Assembly: GCA_043812975.1 (NCBI GenBank)
Contig: JBDRLP010000063.1
Span: 1 to 38,616 of the forward strand
DNA: 38,616 nt
DNA from: Candidatus Iainarchaeum sp.
Lineage (GTDB): Archaea; Iainarchaeota; Iainarchaeia; Iainarchaeales; Iainarchaeaceae
Direction of reading: 5' to 3'
Shown: piece by piece, positions 37,259 through 38,616 of the stretch
Numbering within the stretch: the first letter of the stretch is position 1
Layout: every line of letters begins with the position of its first letter
Made by a program: the position numbers and the translations under genes
Notes under the pieces: generated by a model
Told to the model about the DNA's origin: nothing
The model's database searches: none
What the model saw: only the letters and a program-made list of their open reading frames with translations

Positions 37259-38362
37259 TTAAACTATTTTGGGTTCATTCATCGAGGTTTCCGAATAAAT
37301 TGTCTCAAGAAGAGTAATTTTATTTTTCCATTTGAATTTTTTTGCAGCACTGACAATACTTTTTGCTATGTTTAAGTTGTTTTTTTGCATAATCTTAACA
37401 ATCTTCTTTGCACTACTTTTTTTGTCTGTAAAATCAGTGAAAAAATCCGTTTTATCTTTTAATATTTTTTCAAATCCGTTATTCCTTTGCACTATGGGTA
37501 TACATCCAGAAGCCATTGCCTCAACTAAAGTTAGACCAAAGCCCTCATATTGTGAAGCAGACACAAAGAATTCCGAAGAAGCATATAATTGGACGATTTC
37601 TTCCTGTGAAGGATTTAAGATGAAGGAAATGTTTTCTTCCAGACCTAGCAGATTTACATTTTCCTTAAATTCCGAGAAAAGATTCCCCCAATCTGTTCCT
37701 GCGATTATGAGGGAAAAATCTTTTTTGGATTTTTTTATTTCTGCAAAAGTTTCAAAAAGCAATTTAATTTTCTTGTTACTTGAAAATCTTCCCACAAAAA
37801 TGAAAGAGTTTTTTTTCTTTTTTCCAGACTTGAATCTTTTAAGATTGACCCCGTTTTCCATGAGAATAACATTGCCTGATATTTTTAAGAACAACTCTGA
37901 ATCATTTTTACTTACTGCGATTATTTTGTCTGCTAATCCTAAAACAATTTTTTCAAAGAAATTGAAATAAATTTTTTTCACAAGTCCGAGGCTGGGTGTG
38001 TGGAAAATTCCTCCATGTGTTGATACTACTACGGGTTTTTTATGGATCCATTTAGTAAGGAGCAAAAAATCGGAAAAAAAACCAATGCCGTGCACGTGTA
38101 CAACCTCGCAATTTTTTATTTTGTTCAAAACCGAAAAGCCAATTTTGTAATATTTTAAATCCACAAAAGGAATTCTTTCAACAATAATTTTTCCAATTTT
38201 TTCTTTTGCTTTTAATCTTTTGCCTGAATTAGCGCATTTATCAAGACAAATCACTTTTACTTCGTGTCCATGTTCTATAAGTATATCGGAAATATCTTCA
38301 ACCACTCTTTCCATGCCGCCGATACACGGAGAATAATGGTTAACTACTTGAGCTATTCTCAT
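37259..38362 (-). CDS. GT4 glycosyltransferase
   Basis: 'IGGMERVV', 'STHGGIFHT', 'ENGV', 'FVGRFSSNK', 'EGFGLTLVEAMASG'. Confidence 0.92.
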   Translation of the reverse strand: MRIAQVVNHYSPCIGGMERVVEDISDILIEHGHEVKVICLDKCANSGKRLKAKEKIGKIIVERIPFVDLKYYKIGFSVLNKIKNCEVVHVHGIGFFSDFLLLTKWIHKKPVVVSTHGGIFHTPSLGLVKKIYFNFFEKIVLGLADKIIAVSKNDSELFLKISGNVILMENGVNLKRFKSGKKKKNSFIFVGRFSSNKKIKLLFETFAEIKKSKKDFSLIIAGTDWGNLFSEFKENVNLLGLEENISFILNPSQEEIVQLYASSEFFVSASQYEGFGLTLVEAMASGCIPIVQRNNGFEKILKDKTDFFTDFTDKKSSAKKIVKIMQKNNLNIAKSIVSAAKKFKWKNKITLLETIYSETSMNEPKIV

Positions 38363-38616
38363 TTTTTTCCCTTCAAAATGTTGTGGGTAATAAATCCTGT
38401 TACTAATCCTATTTGGAAAGCAATTGTTCTTAGTGGAATTATTACAATTGATGCAAGAGCAACAGTTTTGTCTTTAGACCATGCGTAAAAAGTGAACTGC
38501 AGTGTACTCAACAAACCAAGTGCGCCAATTATTCCAGAAATTCCGAGTGAAATCGCCGCCAATACTAGCTGATTTGCCCAAAAGAGTGGAATTGATGCTA
38601 AAAACAGCACAATTCC
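38359..38616 (-). CDS. 3' end of a membrane protein (probably the TM tail of a GT2), truncated by the window edge
   Basis: Hydrophobic frame open to 38616; its stop overlaps the next ATG. Confidence 0.6.
   Translation of the reverse strand, partial: GIVLFLASIPLFWANQLVLAAISLGISGIIGALGLLSTLQFTFYAWSKDKTVALASIVIIPLRTIAFQIGLVTGFITHNILKGKK

Noticed and set aside
37332..37970. 212-aa plus-strand ORF
   Set aside because: Antisense shadow of a clear GT4 gene; F/L/I/S-rich with no motif. The same applies to the other short antisense or overlapping ORFs in the track (e.g. 8151..8540, 18760..19125, 22811..23194)
1..38616. CRISPR array, tRNA/rRNA, transposase/integrase, phase-variable homopolymer tracts
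   Set aside because: No spaced repeats, RNA-gene-like segments or recombinase motifs seen; poly-A/T runs fit the base composition and no gene is frameshifted

Overview
AT-rich, densely coded window that looks archaeal: TATA-like boxes lie 22-27 nt upstream of many start codons, several genes have GGTGA Shine-Dalgarno motifs, and there are dolichol-phosphate-type GT2s and a UPF0104 flippase. A small-genome DPANN-type host is plausible but is inference only. Almost the whole window is one cell-surface glycosylation locus. It encodes nucleotide-sugar enzymes (Ugd, UDP-GlcA decarboxylase, UDP-GlcA 4-epimerase, Gmd, two GDP-fucose-synthase-like SDRs, two nucleotidyltransferases, two DegT aminotransferases), GT2/GT4 transferases, two flippases and three GT-C-like polytopic membrane proteins. 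It also has an apparently complete legionaminic-acid-type nonulosonate pathway with an added de-N-acetylase + N-formyltransferase pair. Most unusual: (1) an in-frame MTA/SAH nucleosidase-adenine phosphoribosyltransferase (MtnN-Apt) fusion directly downstream of a cobalamin-dependent radical SAM gene, suggesting a SAM by-product detox/adenine salvage module for glycan methylation; (2) two B12 radical SAM enzymes inside the glycan locus; (3) a nucleotidyltransferase whose essential N-terminus can only be made from an ATT start that follows an ATG-TGA start-stop; (4) a DUF4258-like/DUF2283 toxin-antitoxin-like pair; (5) a 55-nt GC-rich structured element. No rRNA, tRNA, CRISPR array or transposase was seen. 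All family calls come from motif recognition by eye, with no database searches.
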